From contig JBBIMO010000004.1 in NCBI GenBank assembly GCA_037444365.1, positions 1,061-65,060 on the forward strand: a stretch of DNA of 64,000 bases, in the 5' to 3' direction. This stretch comes from Chloroflexota bacterium (GTDB lineage Bacteria > Chloroflexota > Dehalococcoidia > GIF9 > AB-539-J10). This document shows, one piece after another, positions 47,951-59,238 of this stretch (position 1 is its first letter; each line of letters begins with the position of its first letter). The notes under the pieces were generated by a model. It was given only the letters and a program-made list of their open reading frames with translations, made no database searches and was not told the origin of the DNA. Both the position numbers and the translations under genes were made by a program.

Positions 47951-48058
47951 CTTCAATTCACCTCCCTTCAAAGATATGTCGTGCAAATCCTCCTCACCAA
48001 TTTATCTTCTTGCAATCTATTATATTATAATTGTCGCACTACTTGTGAAGGCATTTCC

Positions 48059-48937
48059 GTGGAAAGCAACACAGACGATAAAGACACCCGCCGGTACATC
48101 GCCAAATCAGCGGAATCATACGTTGCGCCGGATGGCAAGACCTATCTTGTGATCAGTTTGAAGACTACAGCTTCAATTGCAGATTCGCAACGAACATCAC
48201 CCAAAGAAGTGGAGATAGCAGCGCTGCAACAGGGTATCATTCCCTGTCGCTATCTCCGAAATATCGGCACAATTGGTCTGGAGGGGCAGATCAAGTTGTT
48301 GCAGTCAACCGCGGCAGTGGTAGGTGCGGGAGGATTAGGTAATACCGTTATCGAGTTATTAGCCAGACAAGGAATCGGGCATTTGATTATTGTCGATGAC
48401 GACCACTTCACAGAGCAGAACCTAAACAGGCAGATCATGTCCACAGAGGAAAATCTGGGCGAATTCAAAGCCGTCGCCGCCGCAAGAAGAGTCAAGGAGA
48501 TAAATTCCGCAACCAGTCTCACCACATCTCGAATACGGCTGACCGGAGACAATGCTCATAGCGTCCTTAACGGCGCCCATGTAGCAGTTGACGGACTTGA
48601 CAACCTGTCATCACGACTGGTAGTCGAGCACGCTTGCCGCCAACTGGCAATACCCTATGTTTGCGCCTCAATCGCCGGCTTCAGCGGGCAACTCATGACT
48701 ATTTTCCCCGAGGACGTGGGCCTTTCTTCGCTTTACGGGTCATCCCACAGTTGCATGCCCGAGCAGGGCATAGAAACCAGAATCGGTAACCCCCCATCCA
48801 CGGTAGCCATGATTGGCGCACTGCAGGTTCAGGAGGTAGTCAAAATCATCACCGGAGTCGGTACGCCTGTACGTAACCAGATCCTCCTGGTGGACGCCAG
48901 GGAATGTACTATTGAAAGAATCAAACTCAGAAGGTAA
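48059..48937 (+). CDS. ThiF/MoeB/HesA-family E1-like sulfur-carrier adenylyltransferase
   Basis: RYLRNIGTIGLEGQIKLLQSTAAVVGAGGLGN nucleotide-binding motif. The track ORF 47678..48937 overlaps the opposite-strand SCP2 gene, so the start was moved to in-frame GTG 48059 after GAAGG. Start is uncertain. Confidence 0.7.
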   Translation: MESNTDDKDTRRYIAKSAESYVAPDGKTYLVISLKTTASIADSQRTSPKEVEIAALQQGIIPCRYLRNIGTIGLEGQIKLLQSTAAVVGAGGLGNTVIELLARQGIGHLIIVDDDHFTEQNLNRQIMSTEENLGEFKAVAAARRVKEINSATSLTTSRIRLTGDNAHSVLNGAHVAVDGLDNLSSRLVVEHACRQLAIPYVCASIAGFSGQLMTIFPEDVGLSSLYGSSHSCMPEQGIETRIGNPPSTVAMIGALQVQEVVKIITGVGTPVRNQILLVDARECTIERIKLRR

Positions 48938-48941
48938 AGAC

Positions 48942-49226
48942 ATGGCCTTAATTACAGTGCGCTTCTACGGTCTCTGGCGCTCTTATCTCGGCATAGATAG
49001 CGCCACTTTGCAGGCTGACCATATTAATGGCGCACTAACTCAGCTCGAAGAGAAGTTCGGCAATCGCCTCCGAGAGAAACTCGAGAGGGCCGGGGTACGT
49101 CTGGAGGGGAAGATGCAGGACTATTCGCTCATTCTGCTGAACGGTATCGCCTTGCGCAACTTGAGTAGCACTGATTTGAAACAGGGGGACGTGCTACATG
49201 TCTTTCCGCCTGCCATCGGCGGATAG
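48942..49226 (+). CDS. ThiS/MoaD-family ubiquitin-like sulfur carrier protein (C-terminal Gly-Gly)
   Basis: 95 aa ending ...VFPPAIGG. ATG 48942 lies 4 nt after the ThiF stop, with AGAAGG RBS. Confidence 0.7.
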   Translation: MALITVRFYGLWRSYLGIDSATLQADHINGALTQLEEKFGNRLREKLERAGVRLEGKMQDYSLILLNGIALRNLSSTDLKQGDVLHVFPPAIGG

Positions 49227-49335
49227 CCGCTTAGGAAATGCGGGAACAGACTCTACCACTACCTTGACCCGACGATGAAGCCTGCCTCTTGACGAAACGC
49301 AGGTGACGTCCCGGTCTGCCGGCGGTTTCAAGACA

Positions 49336-51765
49336 TCAAACCATTCCTACAGGGTCAACATCTATTGTCCAGGCCCGCGGCAAAGTAAGCTTGGATAATA
49401 TCCGGGCTACGTCAGAACCGCGAAGGAAAAGTTGCCAGCGGTACTTGCCCCTGGCTCTGTAGGCAAAAGTAGGCACAGGACCAATTACATTCAACTCAAT
49501 GACCTCCCCTCTTGCCTTTTCGTCAAGAATCAAACGATGCACCCTCTCTGCCTCACGACGGCACGACTCCTCATTGGTGTGGCTATAAACAAGGCGAGCT
49601 AATTGGCTAAAGGGGGGATAGCTATATCGGCGGCGATAATCTATTTCCTTGTGGAAAAACCCCAGATAATCGTGCTTGGCTGCTGCCGCAATGACGTAGT
49701 TATCGGGGGAGTAGGTTTGGATGATGACTTTTCCAGCTCTAACCCCACGCCCCGCCCTACCAGCTACCTGACACAGGTGTTGAAAGGTGCGCTCGCCGCT
49801 TCGGAAATCAGGAAAGTTGAGGCCGCTATCAGCACTGATAATCCCGGCCAGAGTCACTTGTGGCAGGTCCAAACCTTTGGCTATCATCTGGGTGCCAATA
49901 AGTATGTCTGCCTCGCGGTCCCGAAATTTATTCAACAATTCCTCGTGAGCATATCTCCTGGTAATCATGTCCTTGTCCCAACGAAGCGGCCTGGCTTCTG
50001 GGAAGAAATGCCTTACCTCCTCTTCCACCCTCTGCGTGCCTATGCCCAAAAATCTGAGACTGCGTCGAGAACAGCGGGGACAGTTTCCAGATACCGCAAT
50101 ATGGTAGCGGCAGCGATGACAAGCCAGTCGCTTCTCCGTTGAATGGTAAGCAAGTGCTATGGAGCAGCGAGGGCAACGGAATACAAAGCCACAGTTACGG
50201 CATCGAACAAAAGTAGCTGTACCACGACGATTAAGGAAAAGAATTATCTGCTCGCCCTGAGCCAGAGCCTCTTTCATGGCAGCTAACAGGGAACGGCTAA
50301 GCAGGCTCGTATTTCCTGCTTTGAGTTCCTCCCTTAGATCCACGACGCTTACTTCGGGTAGAGGAGAATAACCGCGAGAAGTAATTCTCTCCTTAAGCTC
50401 TACAAGGGAATACCCGCCTTGCTGCGCCTTATAGAAACTGCCGACGTCGGGGGTGGCACTGCCCAGGATGACAACAGCATCACTCAATTGAGCCAATCTA
50501 ATGGCAACGTCGCGGGCATGATAGCGGGGCGCTTTGTCTTCTTGCTTGTACGTCCACTCATGCTCTTCATCGATGATGATAAGACCGAGGTTGGGCAGAG
50601 GTGCAAATAGGGCGCTTCTCGGCCCAATGACGACATCGCAGTTTCCTTCCATTATCCAGTGCCATTCGTCGAAGTGCTCTCCCAAGGAAAGGCCGCTATG
50701 CAGTACTGCCACACGCCCGGGGAAGCGATTGGCGAATCTTTCTACTGTCTGTTGGGTCAAGGCGATTTCCGGAATGAGGCAAACGCCTTTCCTGCCTGCG
50801 GCAATCGTCTGAGCTAAGGCTCGCAGATAAATCTCGGTCTTGCCACTCCCGGTAACGCCAAAAAGGAGGAAGATCGGCGGTTTGCCAGATTGCCTCTCCT
50901 TTTGCCAAATGACATCTTGGACGGCTTCGCAGGCAGCCTGCTGAGCCGGAGTAAGCACCGGAGGTGGTGAACTTGTGAGGCTGAGGCGAGATAAGGGATC
51001 ACGTCTCACTGCGAGTCTTTCCACGGAGACCAAACCGCGGCTCTCCAAAGCCCTGATGTTGGAAAGAGAGCAATTCAGACGCTTCTTCAATTCGTTGATT
51101 GAAACACGTCGAGCCTGGGCCGCCAGGAATTCCAGAAGCTCCGCCTGTTTGTGAGCCCTAGACCTATTCAGCTCGATTCTCACCTTGTCAATCTTCTCTC
51201 CGTCAGCCGTTAGCCTGACATAAGGAACCGTTTTGGGCTTCACCCTTGCTTCTTCTAAGTCCAGAGTTGGTGTGATTAGCCGCCGATCTACTAACTGACT
51301 GGTCATCTGCCTGGCTTTTGTTTTGCCAAGTTCTTTCTCCAGCTCAGCCAATTTTGTCTTCCGCTTGCCGATAAGTTGAAGGACTTGCTTCTGTTCCGGT
51401 GTCAGGGACAAATCTACCTGTGAATCCGTTAACTGGAAGCACATATCGGCCTGCCTCTCGAACCCGGGAGGCAGCATCAAAGCCAGTGAGTCGAAGAGGG
51501 GAGCAAGGTAGTATTCGCTTATCCACTTGGCGAGGCTTATCTGTACCGAGGAAAGCAAGGGGGCATCAGTCACGATGCTCACTATTTCCTTAGTCTCTTC
51601 AACCGATGGTTCGTCTGATAGTCGGAGCACAACCCCCTGAACAACACGAGAGCCAAAAGGCACCCATACTGATTGCCCAACACTAATGTCGAACGTTGGC
51701 GGGATGGCGTAGCAGAAAGTTGACCGGCTTCCCGGCGAATTGACTGCCACCTCGGCGTACTTCAT
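49336..51765 (-). CDS. priA: primosomal protein N' (PriA helicase)
   Basis: 809 aa. Walker A GVTGSGKTE, DEEH box, and Cys-rich zinc module CRNCG ... CPRCS ... CHRC ... CPRCS. Confidence 0.9.
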   Translation of the reverse strand: MKYAEVAVNSPGSRSTFCYAIPPTFDISVGQSVWVPFGSRVVQGVVLRLSDEPSVEETKEIVSIVTDAPLLSSVQISLAKWISEYYLAPLFDSLALMLPPGFERQADMCFQLTDSQVDLSLTPEQKQVLQLIGKRKTKLAELEKELGKTKARQMTSQLVDRRLITPTLDLEEARVKPKTVPYVRLTADGEKIDKVRIELNRSRAHKQAELLEFLAAQARRVSINELKKRLNCSLSNIRALESRGLVSVERLAVRRDPLSRLSLTSSPPPVLTPAQQAACEAVQDVIWQKERQSGKPPIFLLFGVTGSGKTEIYLRALAQTIAAGRKGVCLIPEIALTQQTVERFANRFPGRVAVLHSGLSLGEHFDEWHWIMEGNCDVVIGPRSALFAPLPNLGLIIIDEEHEWTYKQEDKAPRYHARDVAIRLAQLSDAVVILGSATPDVGSFYKAQQGGYSLVELKERITSRGYSPLPEVSVVDLREELKAGNTSLLSRSLLAAMKEALAQGEQIILFLNRRGTATFVRCRNCGFVFRCPRCSIALAYHSTEKRLACHRCRYHIAVSGNCPRCSRRSLRFLGIGTQRVEEEVRHFFPEARPLRWDKDMITRRYAHEELLNKFRDREADILIGTQMIAKGLDLPQVTLAGIISADSGLNFPDFRSGERTFQHLCQVAGRAGRGVRAGKVIIQTYSPDNYVIAAAAKHDYLGFFHKEIDYRRRYSYPPFSQLARLVYSHTNEESCRREAERVHRLILDEKARGEVIELNVIGPVPTFAYRARGKYRWQLFLRGSDVARILSKLTLPRAWTIDVDPVGMV

Positions 51766-52166
51766 TCAGAAGGCTGTTGCTCTTGAAGAGGTTCTTCCGC
51801 TTGAGGCACGGCTTGTTCCAGCACTCGCTCCCGTCTTTCCTTGAGCCGAGCCTGTTTGACGCTGAGCCTGCGCATATAATAGAGCTTGGCTCTACGTACA
51901 TGTCCATGCCTGAGCACTACTACACTTTGTACAGACGGGGATTGGAATGGAAAAGTACGTTCCACGCCGATGCCGTAAGATACCCTCCTCACCGTGAAGC
52001 TTCCGCCAGCAACGCCCTTCCTTATCTTGATCACCATACCCTGGAAGTGTTGCAGGCGCTCTCTATCCCCTTCCATAGCCTTCAAACTAACCTTGACTGT
52101 ATCGCCAGGCAAGATTTGAGGAATGTTGGGATTTACTTTGGGTCTGACAAATTCTCTAACATCCAT
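51762..52166 (-). CDS. rplS: 50S ribosomal protein L19 with C-terminal extension
   Basis: PGDTVKV ... [33 protein letters not shown] matches L19. Extra acidic/Gln-rich tail of about 25 aa. Confidence 0.9.
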   Translation of the reverse strand: MDVREFVRPKVNPNIPQILPGDTVKVSLKAMEGDRERLQHFQGMVIKIRKGVAGGSFTVRRVSYGIGVERTFPFQSPSVQSVVVLRHGHVRRAKLYYMRRLSVKQARLKERRERVLEQAVPQAEEPLQEQQPSE

Positions 52167-52873
52167 TTCCTTTCCTCATCGCAAATATTACCCTTCTCTA
52201 AGAGTTCAGGGCGTCGTTTAGCCGTTCGCAGGATAGCCTGACGGCGTCGCCATTGAGCGATTTCTCCGTGATTTCCCGAGAGCAAAACTGAGGGTACTGA
52301 CCAATCCCGATATATCTGAGGTCTGGTATATTGGGGATACTCCAGAAGCCCATTGCTATGGGAGTCAGAGCTGGCCGATTCCTCTGAGCCCAGTACTCCC
52401 GGTATAAGCCTAACGGTAGCATCCACTACAACCAAAGCAGCTATTTCCCCCGCACTAAGTACATAATCACCGATACTGATTTCATCAGTAGCCAGATACT
52501 CACACACTCTCTCGTCGAAACCTTCGTAATGGCCACAAACTAACATCAGATGAGGGTGGAGAGCCAGCTCCTGAGCCACAGACTGAGAAAACAGCCTGCC
52601 CTGAGGGGTAAGTAGTATGATAGGCACCTCAGTTGCACCGAGCTGCTGTTTTACCACCTCTGCTGTTTCAAAAATAGGCTCGGGTTTGAGCACCATGCCA
52701 GGTCCACCACCGTACGGGCAATCATCCACAGTATGATGCCTGTCATGGGTGCAATCACGTATGTTATGAATCACGATGTTCACCAACCCCTGCTCCCGAG
52801 CACGCTTGATGATGCTCTGGTTAAACGGAGAGACAAACGTTTCAGGGAACAGACACAAAACATCAATACGCAT
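52133..52873 (-). CDS. trmD: tRNA (guanine37-N1)-methyltransferase
   Basis: [11 protein letters not shown] ... YGGGPGMVL, typical of TrmD. Start at ATG 52873 with GAAGGA RBS. The 3' end overlaps rplS by 34 nt. Confidence 0.9.
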   Translation of the reverse strand: MRIDVLCLFPETFVSPFNQSIIKRAREQGLVNIVIHNIRDCTHDRHHTVDDCPYGGGPGMVLKPEPIFETAEVVKQQLGATEVPIILLTPQGRLFSQSVAQELALHPHLMLVCGHYEGFDERVCEYLATDEISIGDYVLSAGEIAALVVVDATVRLIPGVLGSEESASSDSHSNGLLEYPQYTRPQIYRDWSVPSVLLSGNHGEIAQWRRRQAILRTAKRRPELLEKGNICDEERKWMLENLSDPK

Positions 52874-53056
52874 GGAATCCTTCAGCGGAAACCTCCAAAA
52901 TCTGTATCTTACCATGTGGCCAGCAGTAAAGGAAAGTCTGGAATCTCCCGCGACTTTGGCGCCTAGCCAATTTCCCCGGTTTGCGCTTCGCACCGCCGCA
53001 CTCTCAACCTCTAGGACAAAAATCATTCGAAAATTTCAAAAAAGACGCCGAAAGGT

Positions 53057-53084
53057 ATTGACAAAGTAGAGATTGAGTCTATAA
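53057..53084 (+). promoter_or_regulatory. consensus sigma70 promoter of mraZ (TTGACA-16-TATAAT)
   Basis: TTGACA at 53057-53062, 16-nt spacer, TATAAT at 53079-53084. Confidence 0.6.
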
Positions 53085-53091
53085 TTAGGAT

Positions 53092-53116
53092 TGTGGGGAA
53101 AAGTGGGGAAAAGGGG
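53092..53116 (+). promoter_or_regulatory. MraZ-box-like direct repeats (GTGGG N5 GTGGG N5 GGGGT)
   Basis: GTGGGGAAAAGTGGGGAAAAGGGGT lies immediately downstream of the -10 element, with 10-bp periodicity. Confidence 0.5.
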
Positions 53117-53188
53117 TAAACAACCACATGGTTGGTAAGGTGAATGGTGCCGGACTCGGGGGTTCCGTGGGGAACAGAGGAGACTGAG

Positions 53189-53620
53189 ATGTTCATTGGA
53201 GAGTATCAATATAAGGTTGACGAAAAGGGGCGAGTCCCTCTGCCCCCGAAGTTCAGAAGAGAACTGAAGGAAGGCGTCATATTGGCCAAGGGCATGGGGG
53301 AAAAATGCATCGCTGTTTACACAACGAGAGAATGGAAGAGGGTATCCGACAAGCTTGCCGAGAAAGCGTTGACTGGAGCTAATCTGAGAAGGCTGACCCG
53401 TGCTATCCATGGCTCCGCCTTCAGCGCCTCATTTGATGGGCAAGGACGGGTCAAATTGCCAGAAACTCTGCGCCTTTACGCTGGTATTGGTGATACAGCG
53501 ATTGTTGTCGGCGCTAATGCTCGCGTTGAACTCTGGAGCGAAGAAGCATGGAAGGCCGAACAAGTGGCCGCCGAAGAGCAAGCCTCACAGATAATTGAGA
53601 GTCTGGAGCACAGTGCATGA
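53189..53620 (+). CDS. mraZ: transcriptional regulator MraZ
   Basis: MFIGEYQYKVDEKGRVPLPPKFR N-terminus. Duplicated MraZ fold. GGAGGAG RBS. Confidence 0.9.
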   Translation: MFIGEYQYKVDEKGRVPLPPKFRRELKEGVILAKGMGEKCIAVYTTREWKRVSDKLAEKALTGANLRRLTRAIHGSAFSASFDGQGRVKLPETLRLYAGIGDTAIVVGANARVELWSEEAWKAEQVAAEEQASQIIESLEHSA

Positions 53621-54555
53621 GCGTGACCACGTCTCTACCCGTCCACATACCCGTTCTACTCAACGAAGTTGTATCAGGATTACAGCCTCGCCAAGGAGAT
53701 TACTTCGTTGACTGCACAGTAGGCTTGGGTGGACATGCAGCAGCTATACTGGAGAAAACTTCACCTTCAGGAAAACTCCTGGGTATTGACGCTGATCCTG
53801 AAGCTATCAAATTAAGTCAGGATGGACTGAGTGACTATGGCAAAGCAGTCATCCTGGTTAATGATAATTTTGTTAACCTTGAGGCAATCTGCGAAAGGTA
53901 CCATTTTCATCCAGTTGACGGTATCCTTTTCGACCTCGGTGTTTCCTCTCTGCAACTGGATACAGCCGAACGTGGCTTCAGCTTCCACCTCGATGCTCCG
54001 CTGGATATGAGGTTCGATCCGGGGCAAGGGTTAACCGCGTCGGACATCGTTAACCGCTTCTCTGAGCAAGAGTTGGCTAAGCTCATCGAGAGGTACGGTG
54101 AAGAGCGCCACAGCCGGCGCATAGCGCGGCACATTGTCCAGAATCGCCCCGTTGCTACCACCGTGGAACTTGCCGGCTTGATAGAGCAGGCTTTGGGTGG
54201 CAAGCGAGCGAAAATTCACCCTGCCACAAGAACCTTCATGGCTCTGCGCATCGCGGTCAACAGTGAACTACAGAATCTGGAGCTGGCTCTCAGACAGACC
54301 CCCAACCTCCTTCGTCCCGGGGGCAGACTAACAGTCATCAGTTATCATTCTCTGGAAGACCGTATAGTCAAGCAGTTCATGCGCTACGCAGCTAGTAGCT
54401 GCCTATGTCCTCCGGGGACGATGATGTGTCGTTGCGGGCATGTGCCCACATTGAAACTCATTTCACGGAAGGTTATCAGACCTACCTCGTTGGAGACAGA
54501 ATCCAACCCACGCAGCCGCAGCGCTAAACTAAGGATAGCTGAGCGACTCAACTAG
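53617..54555 (+). CDS. rsmH: 16S rRNA (cytosine1402-N4)-methyltransferase
   Basis: VLLNEVV ... DCTVGLGGHA ... SAM motif. ATGA overlap with the mraZ stop. Confidence 0.9.
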   Translation: MSVTTSLPVHIPVLLNEVVSGLQPRQGDYFVDCTVGLGGHAAAILEKTSPSGKLLGIDADPEAIKLSQDGLSDYGKAVILVNDNFVNLEAICERYHFHPVDGILFDLGVSSLQLDTAERGFSFHLDAPLDMRFDPGQGLTASDIVNRFSEQELAKLIERYGEERHSRRIARHIVQNRPVATTVELAGLIEQALGGKRAKIHPATRTFMALRIAVNSELQNLELALRQTPNLLRPGGRLTVISYHSLEDRIVKQFMRYAASSCLCPPGTMMCRCGHVPTLKLISRKVIRPTSLETESNPRSRSAKLRIAERLN

Positions 54556-54584
54556 GCAGCATTCCCAGCAAAAAGGAGGTGAAA

Positions 54585-55802
54585 ATGGCAAAGAAAATCA
54601 TTTCAGCTATTGATGTGGGCACAACCAAAGTAGCCACGCTCGTGGCTAATGTCAAAGCAGAAGATGACATTGAAGTTTTGGGGGTGGGAGTCGTTCCCTC
54701 CCATGGCCTACATAAAGGCATCGTCGTTAATATGGATGAAGCCAAACAATCCATCGCCACATCGATAAAGGAAGCTCAAAGAGTTAGTGGCATACGAATA
54801 GATTCTGCCTATGTTGGGGTTACCGGCAGACACATAAGTAGTCTGAATAACCGGGGTGTGATAGCTATTCCTCGAGACGACCGATTGGTGCGCACGCAGG
54901 ACCTTAAGCGGGCGCTGTCCGCGGCTCGTAATGTCAACGTCGCCGAAGGCAAGAAGGTGCTCCACGCTATTCCTCGATACTACGCTCTGGATGGACAGGA
55001 CGGCGTGAAACAGCCGGTAGGCATGCACGCTTCCAGGCTGGACGTAGAGACCCATATCATCACCGCTTCAGTGACTTCAGTACAGAACCTCGCCAAGTGT
55101 GTCCGCAGTATCGGTGTTGACGTTGAGGACCTCATCCTTGAGCCTTTGGCTAGTGGAGAAGCAGTGTTGACTTCGGAGGAAAGAGAGACGGGGGTTATCA
55201 TGGCTGACATTGGAGGCGGGACCACTGATATAGCGGTATTCAAGAATGGCAGCATCTATCACACCGCTATCATTCCAGTGGCCGGTTACCAGGTGAGCAG
55301 CGACATCTCTATCGGCTTGGGCCTGCCCTTCAATATCGCAGAAAAGCTGAAGAAGAGGTATGGCAACGTCACCCCCACCCTGGAGTTCGATGAGACGGCC
55401 CAAGTGGGCGTCGAAAACGGCCACAGTGCGTCTTACAAAGACCTGTGCAATATCATCCGGGCTCGGACGGAGGAGTTGCTTCAACTCATACTAATGGAGA
55501 TGCCCACCAGCGATTACCATACCCTGGCGCCTTGTGGTTTGGTGCTTACCGGTGGCTCGTCCAACCTGCCTGGGATTGACGAGTTAGGAGGATCACTCCT
55601 GCGAATCCCTGTACGCAGAGGCCGACCCCTGAGCGCTGGCATTTATGGCATTTCCGATATCCTGCATGACCCATCTTATGCTACCACACTGGGCTTGATC
55701 CTATGGCCGGTGCGAGGCAAAGAAGGCTCGGCTTTGCAGGTAAAGAGATCTGGTGTCCTTGGCAACTTTGTAGGTTTCTTCAGAAGGCTGTTCCGTGCCT
55801 GA
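54585..55802 (+). CDS. ftsA: cell division protein FtsA
   Basis: Actin-like ATPase (IISAIDVGTTKV ... DIGGGTTDIAVF). AAGGAGG RBS before ATG 54585. Confidence 0.9.
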   Translation: MAKKIISAIDVGTTKVATLVANVKAEDDIEVLGVGVVPSHGLHKGIVVNMDEAKQSIATSIKEAQRVSGIRIDSAYVGVTGRHISSLNNRGVIAIPRDDRLVRTQDLKRALSAARNVNVAEGKKVLHAIPRYYALDGQDGVKQPVGMHASRLDVETHIITASVTSVQNLAKCVRSIGVDVEDLILEPLASGEAVLTSEERETGVIMADIGGGTTDIAVFKNGSIYHTAIIPVAGYQVSSDISIGLGLPFNIAEKLKKRYGNVTPTLEFDETAQVGVENGHSASYKDLCNIIRARTEELLQLILMEMPTSDYHTLAPCGLVLTGGSSNLPGIDELGGSLLRIPVRRGRPLSAGIYGISDILHDPSYATTLGLILWPVRGKEGSALQVKRSGVLGNFVGFFRRLFRA

Positions 55803-55820
55803 TTGTGAAAGGAGGTTAGA

Positions 55821-56951
55821 ATGGCAAAACAGATTTTTACTCCAAGTCCAGCAAGAATCAAAGCTATAGGCATTGGTGGCGGCGGCTCCAATGCCATTAC
55901 TCGCATGGTTCGTGAAGGCATCAAGGGCGTTGACTTCATAACCATGAATACCGACGGCCAAGCATTGGCTCTAGCCGAGGCTCCCACCAGAATCCAACTG
56001 GGTGAGAAATTGACCAGAGGTTTGGGAGCTGGTGGTGACCATAAGGTCGGAGCCAAGGCAGCGGAAGAAAGCATCGACATAATTGAAGAGATCGTTAGTG
56101 GTGCTGATATGGTGTTTATTGCCGCTGGCATGGGCGGCGGCACAGGCACAGGTGGCATCCCTGTGGTAGCCGACGTAGCCAAAAAGAGTGGCGCTCTGAC
56201 CATCGCAGTGGTGACTAAACCTTTCACGTTCGAGGGCATGCACAGGACGCAAGTAGCCGAAGAAGGGTTGCTCGAGCTAACCAACAAGGTTGATACACTT
56301 ATCATCATACCCAATGACCGACTGCTCAGCCTTTGTGATGCCAAGACGACTGTGGACAACGCCTTCAGGCTGGCTGATGATGCTCTTCGTTTGGGGGTTC
56401 AGGCTATCTCCGAAGTAGTTACCGTCCCCGGGCTGATCAACCTAGACTTCGCTGATATCAGATCGGTAATGAAAGATGCCGGCCCAGCCTGGATGTCTGT
56501 AGGCAAGGCGGGCGGACAAAGCCGCGCTGCTGAAGCAGCTAAGGCTGCTATGGCCAGTCCCTTGCTCGATGTATCCATAAGCGGCGCCACAGGAGTGCTG
56601 TTCAATATTACCGGTGGCCCGAGCCTCACCCTGTTCGAGTGTAATGAGGCTGCCCAGGTAATTGGCCAGGCAGTAGACCCCGATGCCAACATAATCTTTG
56701 GTGTGGTGTTCGATCCCAAGATGGATAGCGAACTTCGTATCACTGTTATCGCCACAGGGTTCGCTAAGTCACCCGGCGGGGCAATACGCAGCGCCGACGA
56801 GCTTCGTCGCCTAATACGAGGCGGCAGCGATGCTCTCGACATGCCGTCTTTCATGCGGCGGGCTAACCGTTTTCCAGCTTCGCGTCTGGACAGCAAGGCT
56901 CAAACCCCTGCCCCGGTCGCCCCACATCCAGCCAAAATCTCTCGACAGTAA
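55821..56951 (+). CDS. ftsZ: cell division protein FtsZ
   Basis: Tubulin signature GGGTGTG (AAGMGGGTGTGGIP). 376 aa. Confidence 0.95.
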   Translation: MAKQIFTPSPARIKAIGIGGGGSNAITRMVREGIKGVDFITMNTDGQALALAEAPTRIQLGEKLTRGLGAGGDHKVGAKAAEESIDIIEEIVSGADMVFIAAGMGGGTGTGGIPVVADVAKKSGALTIAVVTKPFTFEGMHRTQVAEEGLLELTNKVDTLIIIPNDRLLSLCDAKTTVDNAFRLADDALRLGVQAISEVVTVPGLINLDFADIRSVMKDAGPAWMSVGKAGGQSRAAEAAKAAMASPLLDVSISGATGVLFNITGGPSLTLFECNEAAQVIGQAVDPDANIIFGVVFDPKMDSELRITVIATGFAKSPGGAIRSADELRRLIRGGSDALDMPSFMRRANRFPASRLDSKAQTPAPVAPHPAKISRQ

Positions 56952-57110
56952 ACCTAAGCCTCATACTGGGGAAGAGGGTAGCGGCTGCTACTCTCTTCCC
57001 CCCATGGCCGTAATGAGTCGCTCTTCGGACGACTGAGAGGGGCAGTGAGGGCGCTTCTCATCATAATTCTCACCGTTCAGTAATTGACAGTAGCCAAAAC
57101 CGAACAAAAG

Positions 57111-57139
57111 TTGCATTTTTCCCACAACTATGGCATAAT
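57111..57139 (+). promoter_or_regulatory. sigma70-like promoter of the pyr operon (TTGCAT-17-CATAAT)
   Basis: TTGCAT at 57111-57116, 17-nt spacer, CATAAT at 57134-57139. Confidence 0.5.
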
Positions 57140-57160
57140 ATCTATTCAGACCTTTAAATC

Positions 57161-57183
57161 AGTCCAGCGAGGCTGGTAAGGGG
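57161..57183 (+). promoter_or_regulatory. PyrR-binding-loop-like RNA motif in the pyr leader
   Basis: AGTCCAGCGAGGCTGGTAAGGGG resembles the PyrR box consensus (UCCAGAGAGGCU...AAGG). Confidence 0.5.
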
Positions 57184-57209
57184 AAAAATGCTCAAGCACG
57201 CCGCAGTAG

Positions 57210-59234
<2,025 letters not shown>

Positions 59235-59238
<4 letters not shown>

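Noticed and set aside
47678-48058. N-terminal third of the 419-aa plus-strand ORF 47678..48937
   Set aside because: It overlaps the minus-strand SCP2 gene (47582..47950) and has no ThiF homology. The E1-like domain starts at around 48200, so the start was moved to an in-frame GTG with RBS.
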